This document shows, piece by piece, positions 1 to 10,139 of a stretch of 64,000 nt of DNA (within the stretch, counting starts at the first letter, position 1; every line of letters starts with the position of its first letter). The notes below the pieces were generated by a model. It searched no databases. It saw only the letters and a list, made by a program, of their open reading frames with translations, and was not told the DNA's origin. The translations under genes were made by a program, and so were the position numbers. The DNA is taken from positions 1,568,001 to 1,632,000 of the forward strand of contig OZ245838.1 in assembly GCA_965228735.1 (NCBI GenBank). The letters run 5' to 3'. Origin of the DNA: Planctomycetota bacterium. GTDB lineage: Bacteria; Planctomycetota; UBA1135; UBA2386.

Positions 1-202
1 GCGCCCGCAGGTCGGGGCGCTCGGGCGTGAAGGCGAAGTTCTTGGGGTAGTCGTAGATCCAGGCGATCGGCAGTCCCGCGAGGACGAGGCCGAAGTAGCC
101 GAGGACCACCCCGAGCGAACCGAACCCCAGCCGCCGCCAGAAGCGCCGGCGCGGTCGCGCCCGCGGCGTCGACGCCGCGACGTCAGTGCCCGGCGCCGAC
201 AT
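1..202 (-). CDS. Membrane-anchored hypothetical protein, partial (runs off the window start)
   Basis: ATG at 202 overlaps the miaE 3' end. Hand translation MSAPGTDVAASTPRARPRRRFWRRLGFGSLGVVLGYFGLVLAGLPIAWIYDYPKNF shows a basic stretch followed by a TM helix, with no stop before the edge. Confidence 0.6.
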   Translation of the reverse strand, partial: MSAPGTDVAASTPRARPRRRFWRRLGFGSLGVVLGYFGLVLAGLPIAWIYDYPKNFAFTPERPDLRA

Positions 203-845
203 CGACCTCTGCCGTTGTGCCGTTCGTCGCATCGGCGGCGATCAGCCCGCTGTGCAGGCGCGCGTCCCACGGCAGGCCGGCGAGCACGGCGGCCTCGTGC
301 GCCGTGAGCGCGCGCCAGCGCTCTGCCACGTACCCGGCGTCGGTGAGCGCGATCGCGATGTCGCGATAGAGCACTTCGTGGCGCGCCTCCGCCTCGACGA
401 GGTCGGCGTAGAACGCCGCGAGCTCGGCGTCGGTGTCCGCGAGCTCCCGCGACAGCAACGCCATGCGTTCCGACGACCGGGCTTCGATGATCGCCGCGAC
501 GAGCAGCTCGTCGACGAGGCGGTGCGGCATGTCGCGCCCGATGCCGTCCTTGAGCCCGGCCGCGTAGCCCGTCTGGCGCTGGCGGCCGAACGGGACGCCG
601 CGCGCATCGAGCAGCCGCAGCGTGCGCTCGAAGTGCACGAGCTCTTCGCGCGCGAGCGCCGACAGGCCGCGCTGCCAACGCGAGTCGTAGGGCACGCGGA
701 AGAGGAACGTCGACGCGCCGGCGGCCGCCTTCTTCTCGAGGTGCGCCTGGTCGATCAGCAGGTCCCGCCGGCAGGACTCGGACCGCAGACGCCGCGCCCA
801 ACTCGCGGGAGTCGTGCTGGCGAGGGTCGCGGCGGTGTCGGTCAT
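183..845 (-). CDS. miaE: tRNA-(ms2io6A) hydroxylase, ferritin-like diiron protein
   Basis: LLIDQAHLEKKAA, LAREELVHF, IIEARSSER, EAEARH and C-terminal RLHSG match MiaE motifs. Start placed at ATG 845 (MTDTAATL). Confidence 0.85.
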   Translation of the reverse strand: MTDTAATLASTTPASWARRLRSESCRRDLLIDQAHLEKKAAAGASTFLFRVPYDSRWQRGLSALAREELVHFERTLRLLDARGVPFGRQRQTGYAAGLKDGIGRDMPHRLVDELLVAAIIEARSSERMALLSRELADTDAELAAFYADLVEAEARHEVLYRDIAIALTDAGYVAERWRALTAHEAAVLAGLPWDARLHSGLIAADATNGTTAEVDVGAGH

Positions 846-865
846 GCCCCGCGAACGTAGCGCGG

Positions 866-1429
866 TCAGCGGCGCCGCGCGACCGCTTCGCGAACGAGCG
901 CGGCCGGCGACGTCGCCGCCCCGGCACGACGTGGGCCGACAGCGTCGACCGCCGTCACGGCCGCTTCGTGCGAACCGTCGAGCCGCAGCCGCTGCCCGTC
1001 CCACTCGAACTCGAGCACCTGCGCCTGACCCGAGCCCGGGTCCTTGTCGATGGCGACGGCCGCGCGGGCGCCCCGCACTTCGGCAGCGAGCACGGGTTGT
1101 CGCATCAGCTCCGCGAACGTCCACGAGCGCTCCGTAACGAGCGCCTGCAGCGTCGCCGGGTCGAGCTGGCGCTGCACGGTCTCGAGCTGGCGCTGCAGCC
1201 GCTGGCGGTGCGCCGGCGTGACGGCCGCCTCGAACTGCCTGATGTCACCGCGCGCGCATGCCACGTCGACGCGCGCCGCCGCCATCTTGAGCTGGAGCAG
1301 ATCCTGCGGCCGCAGTTCGACCCCTTCCTGTAGGGGGCTCGGCCAACTGCCCGGGAGGAACGGGAACGCGACGAGCGCCGCGCCTAACGCGGCGACGGCC
1401 GTGAGCCACAACGTGCGGTCAGTTCGCAT
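866..1429 (-). CDS. Exported or membrane-anchored hypothetical protein
   Basis: 187-aa ORF with an N-terminal hydrophobic helix; overlaps the stop of the upstream large gene, so operon-like. Confidence 0.65.
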   Translation of the reverse strand: MRTDRTLWLTAVAALGAALVAFPFLPGSWPSPLQEGVELRPQDLLQLKMAAARVDVACARGDIRQFEAAVTPAHRQRLQRQLETVQRQLDPATLQALVTERSWTFAELMRQPVLAAEVRGARAAVAIDKDPGSGQAQVLEFEWDGQRLRLDGSHEAAVTAVDAVGPRRAGAATSPAALVREAVARRR

Positions 1430-4400
1430 AGGTCACCTTGGTCACTCCGGGAGCGAACCGCACGAGCACGCCGCCGGCAGCGGCCGCGCTGCGGGTGATG
1501 GCGCTCTGGTGCGGCAGTTCGTCTTCACTCACGATCACGCCGTTCTCGATCGCGCTCGGTCGCGGGCCTCGCAGCACCGCGGTGTAGGGCAGACCGGTCG
1601 GCCGTTCCGGCACCGCCGCCGTGACGAGCAGGAGCTCGCGCGCGGCCTCGTCGTACTCGCAGCGCACGAGCGGCGCGCCCGTGCACGCGACGTGCGGCGC
1701 GGTCGCGTTGCGCGTGCTCGTCTCGATGCGGTACTCCCCGGGCCGATCCGGGAGGTACACGGTGCGACCATCGAACCACGACCATGTCGCGCCGTTGACG
1801 GTCACCGCATCGAAGTCGCGCGCCATGACCACGCAGGGCGGCGCGAGGCGTCCGGGCTGCAGGACCCGCGCCGTGACGCTGCCGGGCGCCGGATCGCGCA
1901 ACGCGAGGATGCGGAGGGCCCCCGGGCCCGGGCGCGTGCGCGCCAGCACGGCAGGTCCGCCGACGACCTCGATCGTGTCGCCCGGCGCCTGGAACACCCG
2001 CAGGTAGCGGCCCGCTCCCGCCCCGGCATCGGGCGCGAACTGCGCGCCGCGCCAAGTCCACCACCCGTTCTCGCGCACCATGAACGGCGTGTTCCCCGCG
2101 GGACTCGACGGCGTGTGCACGCGCAGCAACCGGGTCCACGGCGTCGTCAGCCCCTGCATCAGGGTCCCGACCCCGCGGTCGCCGAGTTCGAGCAGCATCG
2201 GCTGGTCGACGGCGCGCAGGCGCACGCTCGTCTCCTTGACGTTCACGGCCAGAGCCCGGCCCTCGCCGCGCGGCGCGAGCCAGAACCCGATGCGACTCTC
2301 GCTGCCCGTCTCGGGCGCGCTGTGCATCGTCAGGCGACCGGCCTCGAAGCGGAAGTGGTCGTAGCGCGCGAGCTGCAGCGGCACGACGACGAGGTCGGGC
2401 AGGCCGGCCTTGCTCGAGCGCAGCGCGAACGGGCGCCGCAGGCGGGTCGCGGGCTCGGCCGCGTGCGTCAGGCCGTCGTAGTCGCGGAGGCCGAACGCGC
2501 GTTCGACGCGCAGATTGCGGACCGCGCGTTCACAACGCAGTCGCAGGAGGAAGCCGGGGAAGTCGCCGATCGTGCGCAGGTCGACCGTCTCCGCGTGGTA
2601 GCTCGACGCCGATCGTTCGACGACCTCGGCGACGTGGCCCGCCGCGATCGCGACCTCCGCTTCGGCGGCGACGTCACCGCGCCGCACGAGCCGCAGGCGA
2701 TCCAGCGCGACGGCGCCGCCCTCGAGCACCGCGAGCTCGAGCGTGCGGACTCCCTCCACCGCGACGTGCACCGGGACGGTGAGCGCCGGGGATCGACGCT
2801 GGACGGAGAACGGTTCGCAGTGCAGCAGCGTGCCGTCGAGGCCGATCGCGAGCACGCCCTGCCGCCGCACCGCGCGCAGCTCGATATCGAGCTCGTAGTA
2901 GCCCGTCGCGAGCGTCTCCTCGAGGTGCACGCGCTGCGGCCAACGCGGCTGCTCGTCGAACGCGATCGTCGCGGGCAGCCGGCGCGCCTGACCCAGCGCG
3001 TCGCCGACGACGCTCGTGCGCCCGTAGCCGCTCGGGCCGCCGCGTTCGCCCGGTCGTTCGGAGCCGCGTTCGCCGCCGACCCCACTCCGGCCCCCGACCC
3101 GGCCCCCGACCCGACCTACGGGCGCGAGCCCGGGCGCGAGGAAATCGACGTCGTACGACCGGATCGAGCTCGCGCTCGGCCGCCCGCCGTGCAGCCTGGT
3201 ATGCAGGAACTGCGGACTCACGACGACACCCTCGCCGGGCCGGAAGCGCGCCTCGCCCGTCGGATCGAACAGCAGGCCGCCTCCGCTGCCGAGCAGCCGG
3301 AACCAGTTGTTCTGCAGCAGGTGCACCGCTGCGGGCACCGGCAGTTCGCCGCCGAAGCCTGCCGGCGTGGCGTCGTCGAGTCGGCCGATGGCGGCGCGAT
3401 ACCCGTTCCGGCCCGTCGCCGCGCATTGCGTGGCGACGGCCGCGCGGAGCGGATCGAGCGAGATGCCGTGCACGTACTCGAGCCCACGCGAACCGAGCGT
3501 CGCCGGGTCGTGATGGCGCCACCACATCGCCGCCCCGCGGCCGCGACGCGGGCGCACGAAGTCGTTCGCCTGCGTGACGATCCAGTCGCCGAAACTGCCC
3601 CCGCCGTAGGTCGGCCCGAACGCCGACGGCAGCGGTCGTTCGACCCGCGCGTCGAGCACACCGAACGGGAACAGGTCGGCCGGGAAACCGTCGCGCCAGT
3701 CGCTCGACACGCCGGCCGCGCCGAGCCCGCGCAGCGCGCCGTCCTCGGCGTCGAGCACGCGCACGCTGCCCGCGATCGCCGGTGCGCGTTCGCCGACGCG
3801 GTACAGCTCCGCGGCCGGATGCAGGTCCTGCACCATCGCCTTGCTATAGCCCGCGCGATCGACGAACCACTCGCGCAAACCGAACCCGTCGAGCGCGCGG
3901 TCGCCGAGGCGGCGCCAATCGGCGAGCTCGCGCGCGAAGAAGCGCAAGCTCGCGAGCCGCTCGTTGGTCCGTTCGCCGTGCGGCGGCGCGTCGAAGAAAC
4001 CGTGCGCGAGCATGCCGCGACCGTGCGCTTCGGTCGCGACGACGCCGAACGCATGGGCGTCGAACTGACCGCCGAAGGCATCGCCGCGATACCCGGCAGG
4101 GCGCCGCAGCGCGTCGCGATCGGCCCAGGCCAGCGGCGACCCGTGATCCGGATCCGTGACCACGAGCTCGAGCAGGTCGGCGCCGGCGGCCCAGCTCGGC
4201 GCGATCACCTCGTTCGCGAGCTCCGCCAGCGAGCGCGAAAGGCCCGGATCGTCACCGCTCTCGAGCCGGGTACTCCAGCCCCAGTGGGCGACGGTCGGCG
4301 TCATCGGCAGCTCGGCGCGCGGCGCCGTCTCGCCAGCGGGCGCCGCCGGCTGGCTTCCGGAATTGGAGGCGGTGTCCGCGCCCGGCAACGTGAGGAGCGC

Positions 4401-5279
4401 GACGGTCCGGTCGGCCCGTGACGTCGCAGCGTCGCCAGCGTTCGCGCCTGGCAGCCCGCCCATGAGATTCTGCAGCAGCCGTCGCGCGTTCCGCTGCAAC
4501 ACCGCGTCGTCGTTCTCGAGATCCGGCGCGAGTCCGAGCGCGACCGCCACGCCGCGCCCGTGCGGCCACGCAACGGCCACGGGCGGCCCCACGGACGGTT
4601 GCCCGTCGAACTCGGCGGCGAGCCGCGCGATCACGGCGCCGCTGCGCGGGGCGCCGACCGACCAGGCGCAGAGCGGCGTGCAGCACGGCGCGCCCCCCGC
4701 GAGGAAGAACGTGAACTCGTTCACCAACCCCGGGGTCGTACGAGGGGCATTCTGCAGGCCGTCGAACAGGTCGGCGTAGCGCCCCGACACGACCTCGACG
4801 CCGAGCTCCGCGCGCCCGGCGACGGTGCGCGCGTCGAACCCCCAGCGCAAGGCCTCGAGTTCGGGCCGTTCGGGTTCGAACCCGAGGTCGGTCGCGAGCG
4901 CCGCGGCATAGCCGAGCAGCACGAGATGACCGCCGCGCTCGACGAACTGACGCAGCCGCTCGACGACGGCGGGCTCGATCGCGAGCTCGGGTTCGCGCCA
5001 GCCGGGCACGGTGACGAGAATGCAGTCGATGCCCTCGATCGTCGGCGGCAGCGTCGTCGGGGTGAACGCGGCGACCCGCACCGCGGCTTCGTCGGCGAGC
5101 TCGCGCACGGCGGCCGGCACCACGCCGCCGCGGTGACCTCCCGTCGCGAGACACGCCGCGCCGACGAGGCCGAGGATCACGACGGTGATCGTCCGCCAGG
5201 CGCGCGCGGCGACCCGTGATCCCGATCCGGGATCGGTGGATCGGGCCGTCGCGCTCGCTGCCGATTCGATTCTGGCCAT
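1419..5279 (-). CDS. Large (~1290 aa) exported multidomain protein; GATase/ThuA-like, TIM-barrel-like and beta-sandwich segments, possible glycoside hydrolase
   Basis: N-terminal TM/signal (ITVVILGLVGAACLA); VVERLRQFVERGGHLVLLG (class I GAT-like); ATEAHGRGMLAHGFF; GYYELDIEL...VALDRLRL (CBM-like). Start uncertain; the upstream part of the 1511-aa ORF is the antisense of the MBL gene. Confidence 0.7.
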   Translation of the reverse strand: MARIESAASATARSTDPGSGSRVAARAWRTITVVILGLVGAACLATGGHRGGVVPAAVRELADEAAVRVAAFTPTTLPPTIEGIDCILVTVPGWREPELAIEPAVVERLRQFVERGGHLVLLGYAAALATDLGFEPERPELEALRWGFDARTVAGRAELGVEVVSGRYADLFDGLQNAPRTTPGLVNEFTFFLAGGAPCCTPLCAWSVGAPRSGAVIARLAAEFDGQPSVGPPVAVAWPHGRGVAVALGLAPDLENDDAVLQRNARRLLQNLMGGLPGANAGDAATSRADRTVALLTLPGADTASNSGSQPAAPAGETAPRAELPMTPTVAHWGWSTRLESGDDPGLSRSLAELANEVIAPSWAAGADLLELVVTDPDHGSPLAWADRDALRRPAGYRGDAFGGQFDAHAFGVVATEAHGRGMLAHGFFDAPPHGERTNERLASLRFFARELADWRRLGDRALDGFGLREWFVDRAGYSKAMVQDLHPAAELYRVGERAPAIAGSVRVLDAEDGALRGLGAAGVSSDWRDGFPADLFPFGVLDARVERPLPSAFGPTYGGGSFGDWIVTQANDFVRPRRGRGAAMWWRHHDPATLGSRGLEYVHGISLDPLRAAVATQCAATGRNGYRAAIGRLDDATPAGFGGELPVPAAVHLLQNNWFRLLGSGGGLLFDPTGEARFRPGEGVVVSPQFLHTRLHGGRPSASSIRSYDVDFLAPGLAPVGRVGGRVGGRSGVGGERGSERPGERGGPSGYGRTSVVGDALGQARRLPATIAFDEQPRWPQRVHLEETLATGYYELDIELRAVRRQGVLAIGLDGTLLHCEPFSVQRRSPALTVPVHVAVEGVRTLELAVLEGGAVALDRLRLVRRGDVAAEAEVAIAAGHVAEVVERSASSYHAETVDLRTIGDFPGFLLRLRCERAVRNLRVERAFGLRDYDGLTHAAEPATRLRRPFALRSSKAGLPDLVVVPLQLARYDHFRFEAGRLTMHSAPETGSESRIGFWLAPRGEGRALAVNVKETSVRLRAVDQPMLLELGDRGVGTLMQGLTTPWTRLLRVHTPSSPAGNTPFMVRENGWWTWRGAQFAPDAGAGAGRYLRVFQAPGDTIEVVGGPAVLARTRPGPGALRILALRDPAPGSVTARVLQPGRLAPPCVVMARDFDAVTVNGATWSWFDGRTVYLPDRPGEYRIETSTRNATAPHVACTGAPLVRCEYDEAARELLLVTAAVPERPTGLPYTAVLRGPRPSAIENGVIVSEDELPHQSAITRSAAAAGGVLVRFAPGVTKVTYAN

Positions 5280-5318
5280 CACGAACTGGGGGCTGGGTCC
5301 TACCATCGTTGCCATCGC

Positions 5319-6059
5319 ATGGATCGGCACGAACCCACCCCTGCCCTTGAGCAGCGTCTGTATTTTCGACAGTGGCTCGCGGGTCGCGACTTCGCGATCG
5401 GCGACCCGGTCGCCGCCCAGATGGCCAATTTCAGCTACGCGATCGGCGACAGCGAGTCCGGTGAGGCCGTGCTCGTGGACCCGTGTTACGCGGTGAACGA
5501 GCTGCTCGACAAGGTCGAGGCGGACGGGTTGAAGGTCACGGGCGTGCTCGCGACGCACTACCACCCCGACCACGTCGGCGGCGACATGATGGGCCATTCG
5601 ATGGAGGGCGTGCGCGAGCTGCTCACGCGTTGCCCGTGCAAGGTCCACGTGCAGCGGCCCGAGGTCGACTGGGTCAAACGCATGACCGGCTGCAGCGACA
5701 GCGACCTCGCGCAGCACGACAGCGGCGACGTCGTGCAGGTCGGCGAGATCCCGATCCAGCTGATCCACACGCCCGGGCACACGCCGGGATCGCAGTGCTT
5801 CCTCGTGCAGAACCGGCTCGTCGCCGGTGACACGCTGTTCCTCGAAGGCTGCGGCCGCACCGATCTGCCGGGTGGCGATCCGCGGCAGCTCTATCTGTCC
5901 ATCACGCAGAAGCTCGCGCACGTGCCGGACTCGGCCGTGCTCTATCCGGGGCACCTCTACGCACCGGAGGCGAGCGCGCCGCTCGGCGAGACCCGGAAGA
6001 GCAACTTCGTCTTCAAGCCGACGACGGAGGCCGAGTGGCTGCAGATGTTCGGCGGGTGA
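5319..6059 (+). CDS. MBL-fold metallo-hydrolase (glyoxalase II/HAGH-like)
   Basis: THYHPDHVGG, HTPGHTPGS, GDTLFLEGCGRTD and YPGHLY motifs. Confidence 0.92.
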   Translation: MDRHEPTPALEQRLYFRQWLAGRDFAIGDPVAAQMANFSYAIGDSESGEAVLVDPCYAVNELLDKVEADGLKVTGVLATHYHPDHVGGDMMGHSMEGVRELLTRCPCKVHVQRPEVDWVKRMTGCSDSDLAQHDSGDVVQVGEIPIQLIHTPGHTPGSQCFLVQNRLVAGDTLFLEGCGRTDLPGGDPRQLYLSITQKLAHVPDSAVLYPGHLYAPEASAPLGETRKSNFVFKPTTEAEWLQMFGG

Positions 6060-6063
6060 GTTC

Positions 6064-7773
6064 TCAGCGAGCCGGGGCCGCCGGCAGCTTCAGCGTGACC
6101 TCCGCCCGCTGATCGGCGCGGACCTCCACGTCCTCGCCTTCGACCGCTTCGCGATCGGGGAGGAAGGCGCGCCAACCGCCGAGCTGCAGCCCGCGACACG
6201 CGAACCGCCCGGCCCGATCCGTGCGCAGGTCGACGAACGGCCGGCCGCCGAGCGGCAAGCCGGCGCCGTCGATCTGCTCGGGAGAGGCCAAACGAACGCG
6301 GACCCCGGGAACGGGTTGGCCGTCGGCGTCGACGATGCGCCCCGCAACGCCCCCGCTCGGCTCGCGCCGCCACTTCGTCACGACCCGACGCTCGCGTTCG
6401 TCGACGACGACCTCCGCGGTGACGAGGTCGCCCGCCGTCGAGATCGCCGCGAGCATGTACTCACCCGGTTCGAGCCCGCCGAGCGCGAACGCACCCAGTC
6501 GGTTCGCGCGCAACTCCGCGCAGAGCGCCTGCGGCCGATCCGACGGCGCGACGTAGACCTCGCCGAACGCGAAGCGGTTGCCGTTCTCGTCACGCACCTC
6601 GCTAAGCAGCGCGGTGGCCGGCTCGACGGCGAGCGTGAACGGCTTCTCCTCGGCCTCCATCTCGTGCCATGAATAGTCGCTGCCGATCGCGAGCAGCGCC
6701 TGGTGGCCTTCGAACTGCCAGCGCCCGAGCTCGATCCCGATGCGGCAGTAGGCGTCGGGCATGAGGCTCGTGCGAATCACGAACCGGCCGTCGGGCCCGC
6801 TCTCGCCCGAGCCGACGTGACCGCAGAGGCGGTCCTCGACGACGAGATCGGCGCCGACGATCGGCTTGCCGTCCTGGTCGATGAGGCGACCGCGCAGGAC
6901 GACGCCCTTCTGCTTCTGCCCGCGCGGCGCGGCAGCGAACACGAGCTCGCCATCGCTGCCGTCGACATCGATGAGCCAGCCCTTGGGCCTGGCGACGTAG
7001 CCCGGGGCGCGCAGGCGCAGGATGCCGGTATCGCCCGGCACGAACTCCGCCGTGCCGTCCGCACCGAGCGGGAACCGCCCGCGATCGTGGCGCACCGCTA
7101 GGTCGTACGAGACGAGCTCGAGCGTCGCGGCCGCGAGCGCCTCGGCGGGCAGACCTTCGACGCGTACGCGGCGGCGGCCCCCGGATGTCGGCGGCAGCTC
7201 GAGATCGCAACGCACCGCGGGCTCGCGTGGCCACACCGTGCTCTCGGCAAAGCTCGTATCGCCCCAGGCCCGAACGTGCAGCCGACGCATCGGTGCCGCG
7301 TCGAGTCGGTAGCTGCCGTCCGCGTCCGTCACGACGACCTCGAACGTGCCGCCGCCGACGAGCGTCACCGTCGCGCCCGCGACCGGATTGCCGAAGCGAT
7401 CGACGACGACACCCGACACCGCGCATGCGTCGTCCAGCACGAGCGTCTGGATCGGCTGCACGCTGAGCCCGCCCCACGACTGCCGCGCGATCGCCTTCCC
7501 TGGCGCGCGGGTGCGCAGCTCGGCGCCCGACAGCGCCGCGGCGCGCAGCGCGTAGAAGCCCTCGGCGTCGCTGAACGTGTGTGCCAGCACGCGGTCGCCG
7601 ACGACCACGTCGAGCCGCGCCGCCGGCACGGGTTCACCGAGCACGTCGACGACCCGGCCTTCCTGCACGCGGGTCTTCGCCTCGACCTGCGCGGGTGCGA
7701 CGGCAGTCCATGCCAGGACGGCGAGCAGCAGTCCGGCGAGGCCGGCGGCGTGAGTTCGCGCGGAGGTGGACAC
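6064..7773 (-). CDS. Secreted carboxypeptidase regulatory-like domain (repeat) protein
   Basis: Signal peptide, then four G-x-V-V-D-x-x-G-x-P-V-x-G-A modules (GRVVDVLGEPVPAA, GVVVDRFGNPVAGA, GRLIDQDGKPIVGA, GRIVDADGQPVPGV). GTG start at 7773. Confidence 0.8.
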   Translation of the reverse strand: MSTSARTHAAGLAGLLLAVLAWTAVAPAQVEAKTRVQEGRVVDVLGEPVPAARLDVVVGDRVLAHTFSDAEGFYALRAAALSGAELRTRAPGKAIARQSWGGLSVQPIQTLVLDDACAVSGVVVDRFGNPVAGATVTLVGGGTFEVVVTDADGSYRLDAAPMRRLHVRAWGDTSFAESTVWPREPAVRCDLELPPTSGGRRRVRVEGLPAEALAAATLELVSYDLAVRHDRGRFPLGADGTAEFVPGDTGILRLRAPGYVARPKGWLIDVDGSDGELVFAAAPRGQKQKGVVLRGRLIDQDGKPIVGADLVVEDRLCGHVGSGESGPDGRFVIRTSLMPDAYCRIGIELGRWQFEGHQALLAIGSDYSWHEMEAEEKPFTLAVEPATALLSEVRDENGNRFAFGEVYVAPSDRPQALCAELRANRLGAFALGGLEPGEYMLAAISTAGDLVTAEVVVDERERRVVTKWRREPSGGVAGRIVDADGQPVPGVRVRLASPEQIDGAGLPLGGRPFVDLRTDRAGRFACRGLQLGGWRAFLPDREAVEGEDVEVRADQRAEVTLKLPAAPAR

Positions 7774-7850
7774 GCGTCCGAGAACGCCGCGATGGCACCG
7801 GAACTCCCCGGCGGTCCGTGTCCTGGACGACGGCGCGGCCGTCCCGCGCT

Positions 7851-8756
7851 TCACGTTCCGGCGGCGCGCCGTTCTTCGAGCTCGGCCAGCGTCCGCGGCC
7901 AGTCCTTCTTGAGCAGCGCCGACAGCCCCCGGTCCGCGAGGAGCTTGCCGTCGCACTGACATTCGGCGCAGTAGTTGCATTCGTTGTCCGCGTATCGGAT
8001 CCGCTGCACGGGTTTGCCGCACTCGGGGCACGGTTTGCCATATCGGCCGTGGACCGCCATGCCCTCACGGAACGCGGTCACGCGGTCGGGAAAACCGTCC
8101 CCGACGTCGTTGCGCAGCTCGTCGGTCCAGTGCTGCATCACGGTCACGATCGCGTCCCGCAGCCGCGCGCTCTGCTCCGGCGTGAAGCGCGACGTCAGCA
8201 GCGCCGGGCTGAGCCGGGCGCGGTGCAGGATCTCGTCCGAGTACGCGTTGCCGATGCCCGAGAACAGCCGCGGGTCGCAGAGCGCGCGTTTGATCGTGCG
8301 GTTCTCGCGCCGCAGCGCCGCATCGAACTCCGCGGCGCTGCTGTCGAGCACTTCGAGTCCGCCGCGATCGAACTCCGCGAGACCGTCGCGACCGCGCACC
8401 GCGTGCAGCGCCGCGCGCTTCTTGCTGCCGGCCTCCGTGAGCACGAACGTGTGCTCCTCGAAGTCGAACGCCGCGAGGTCGATCTTGCCGCCGATCCGTT
8501 TGCCCGGATCGTACCGCCGCAGGCGCCCAGCGATCATCAGGTGCAGCACGAGGAACAGATCGCCCTCGAACGCGAACACGAGCCGCTTGCCGAGCCGTTC
8601 GACGGCGCGCAGCGAAAGCCCCGCGAGTTCGTCGAGCGCCGGCTCGACCGTGCGCAGGAGGAACGGACTCTTGAGCCGCACTCCGAGCAGCGGACGGTCC
8701 TTGACGAGCGCCTCGAGGCGTTCGCGGTAGACGGTGACGTCGGGCAGCTCGGGCAC
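7851..8756 (-). CDS. Fpg/Nei family DNA glycosylase/AP lyase
   Basis: N-terminal (M)PELPDV, HLMIAG, H2TH motif GIGNAYSDEIL, and C4 zinc finger CPECG...CAECQ. Confidence 0.95.
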   Translation of the reverse strand: MPELPDVTVYRERLEALVKDRPLLGVRLKSPFLLRTVEPALDELAGLSLRAVERLGKRLVFAFEGDLFLVLHLMIAGRLRRYDPGKRIGGKIDLAAFDFEEHTFVLTEAGSKKRAALHAVRGRDGLAEFDRGGLEVLDSSAAEFDAALRRENRTIKRALCDPRLFSGIGNAYSDEILHRARLSPALLTSRFTPEQSARLRDAIVTVMQHWTDELRNDVGDGFPDRVTAFREGMAVHGRYGKPCPECGKPVQRIRYADNECNYCAECQCDGKLLADRGLSALLKKDWPRTLAELEERRAAGT

Positions 8757-8765
8757 GCGATTGCG

Positions 8766-10097
8766 TCAGTCCTTTCTGTTGCCCTTCTCTTTCGGGCCGT
8801 CCTTCGGTTCGACGACGAGCACGACGTCGTCGACCCAGACCTCACCCGCGAGCACCATGACGAACTGGATCACCGCGCGTTCGGCCGCACCCCGCGCGAG
8901 CGTCTTGTTGAAGCGCCGCCAGTCCTGGTCGCCACGCAGATGCGCGATATCGATGTCACGTTCGTTGAGCACCTTGCCGGCGCCGTCGTAGAGCCAGAGC
9001 TTGAGGAACGCGTTCTTGCTGCCTTTGCTCTTGCACTGCAGCGCGAACCGCACGACCTCGTCGTCGCCGGACGGCTTCGGCAGTTCGATCGTCTGCGTGA
9101 CGAGATCGAGCGGCATTCCGCCGGACTTCTGCAGCTGCAGCGACTGCGCCCCCTCGACCTTGACGTCCTTGTCGACCCGCAGTCGCAACGTGCCGCTGTT
9201 GCCGACCGACGGCCACGCCTTGTGCACGCCGTCCTCGAACCCGCCGTTGCGCACGAGATTGCCGGTCGGATCGAGCGGCTCTTCGCCGGCGGGCCATTCG
9301 GGCTCCGCCGCCGGCTCGTCACCGAACAGCCACGCGAGCAGCTTCTCCAGGCGGATGTTCGGACTGTCACGCCAACCGTGACCCCCCGAGTACGTCGACA
9401 GCTGCACGGCCGCGCCGGCTTCGTCGAGTGCCTGGAACGCGGTACGCACGTGCGAGAACGGCGTGACGTTGTCCTGCGGCGACTGATCGAGCACGAAGCG
9501 TCGCCCCTTCACCGCCTTGAGCTGGTTCTTTTCCAGCGGCCGCCACACCGACATCGCGACGTAACCGCGCGAGAACGGCGAGCGCCGATCCGACAACAGG
9601 TGATACGCACACGGCCCACTCGACGACCACGCGAGCAGCGCGATGCGCTGCGGGTCGACACCGTGCTCCTTCTTCACCTGCTTGACGACGTCGAGCACGT
9701 AGCGATCCGTGGAGTAGCGCTGCCCTTGCACCTTGCTCTTGCCGTAGGGCCAGACGATCTTCTGATCCTCGGTCCACTGGTGCGCCGTCACCATGACCCC
9801 GAGCGTGTCCGCGGGCGCATTGCCGAGGATCCCGTTCTCGACCCAGGGCAGGAATTCCTTCGTCCCATCCCCGCCGGGCATGACGACGAGCAGCGCGGGC
9901 TTGCTCACGTTCTCGGCCTTGGGCGGAATGACGAAGAATGGGCTGTGGGCGTACTTCTTGTGCGTGTGCTCGGTCGCCCTGGACGGCGCATCGTCACCCT
10001 GCGCCCGCGCCAGCGAGCTGGTGCCGGCAGTGACGAGCGCGAGCACGACGAGAGCACGAACGGAGAACGCAGAGGCGTGGCAAGAGCGACGAGCCAT
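8766..10097 (-). CDS. Secreted alpha/beta hydrolase with C-terminal carbohydrate-binding-like (CBM4/9-type) domain
   Basis: Signal peptide; LLVVMPGG, VDPQRIALLAWSSSG (nucleophile elbow), D..V and GGHGW; then NLVRNGGFEDG...VWVDDVVL. Confidence 0.75.
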   Translation of the reverse strand: MARRSCHASAFSVRALVVLALVTAGTSSLARAQGDDAPSRATEHTHKKYAHSPFFVIPPKAENVSKPALLVVMPGGDGTKEFLPWVENGILGNAPADTLGVMVTAHQWTEDQKIVWPYGKSKVQGQRYSTDRYVLDVVKQVKKEHGVDPQRIALLAWSSSGPCAYHLLSDRRSPFSRGYVAMSVWRPLEKNQLKAVKGRRFVLDQSPQDNVTPFSHVRTAFQALDEAGAAVQLSTYSGGHGWRDSPNIRLEKLLAWLFGDEPAAEPEWPAGEEPLDPTGNLVRNGGFEDGVHKAWPSVGNSGTLRLRVDKDVKVEGAQSLQLQKSGGMPLDLVTQTIELPKPSGDDEVVRFALQCKSKGSKNAFLKLWLYDGAGKVLNERDIDIAHLRGDQDWRRFNKTLARGAAERAVIQFVMVLAGEVWVDDVVLVVEPKDGPKEKGNRKD

Positions 10098-10139
10098 GGC
10101 GGCGATCATACCGACAACCAAGAGGCCGAGCCCCGTATC

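Noticed and set aside
1044..4421. 1125-aa plus-strand ORF
   Set aside because: Arg-rich antisense shadow of the minus-strand gene, typical of very high GC DNA.
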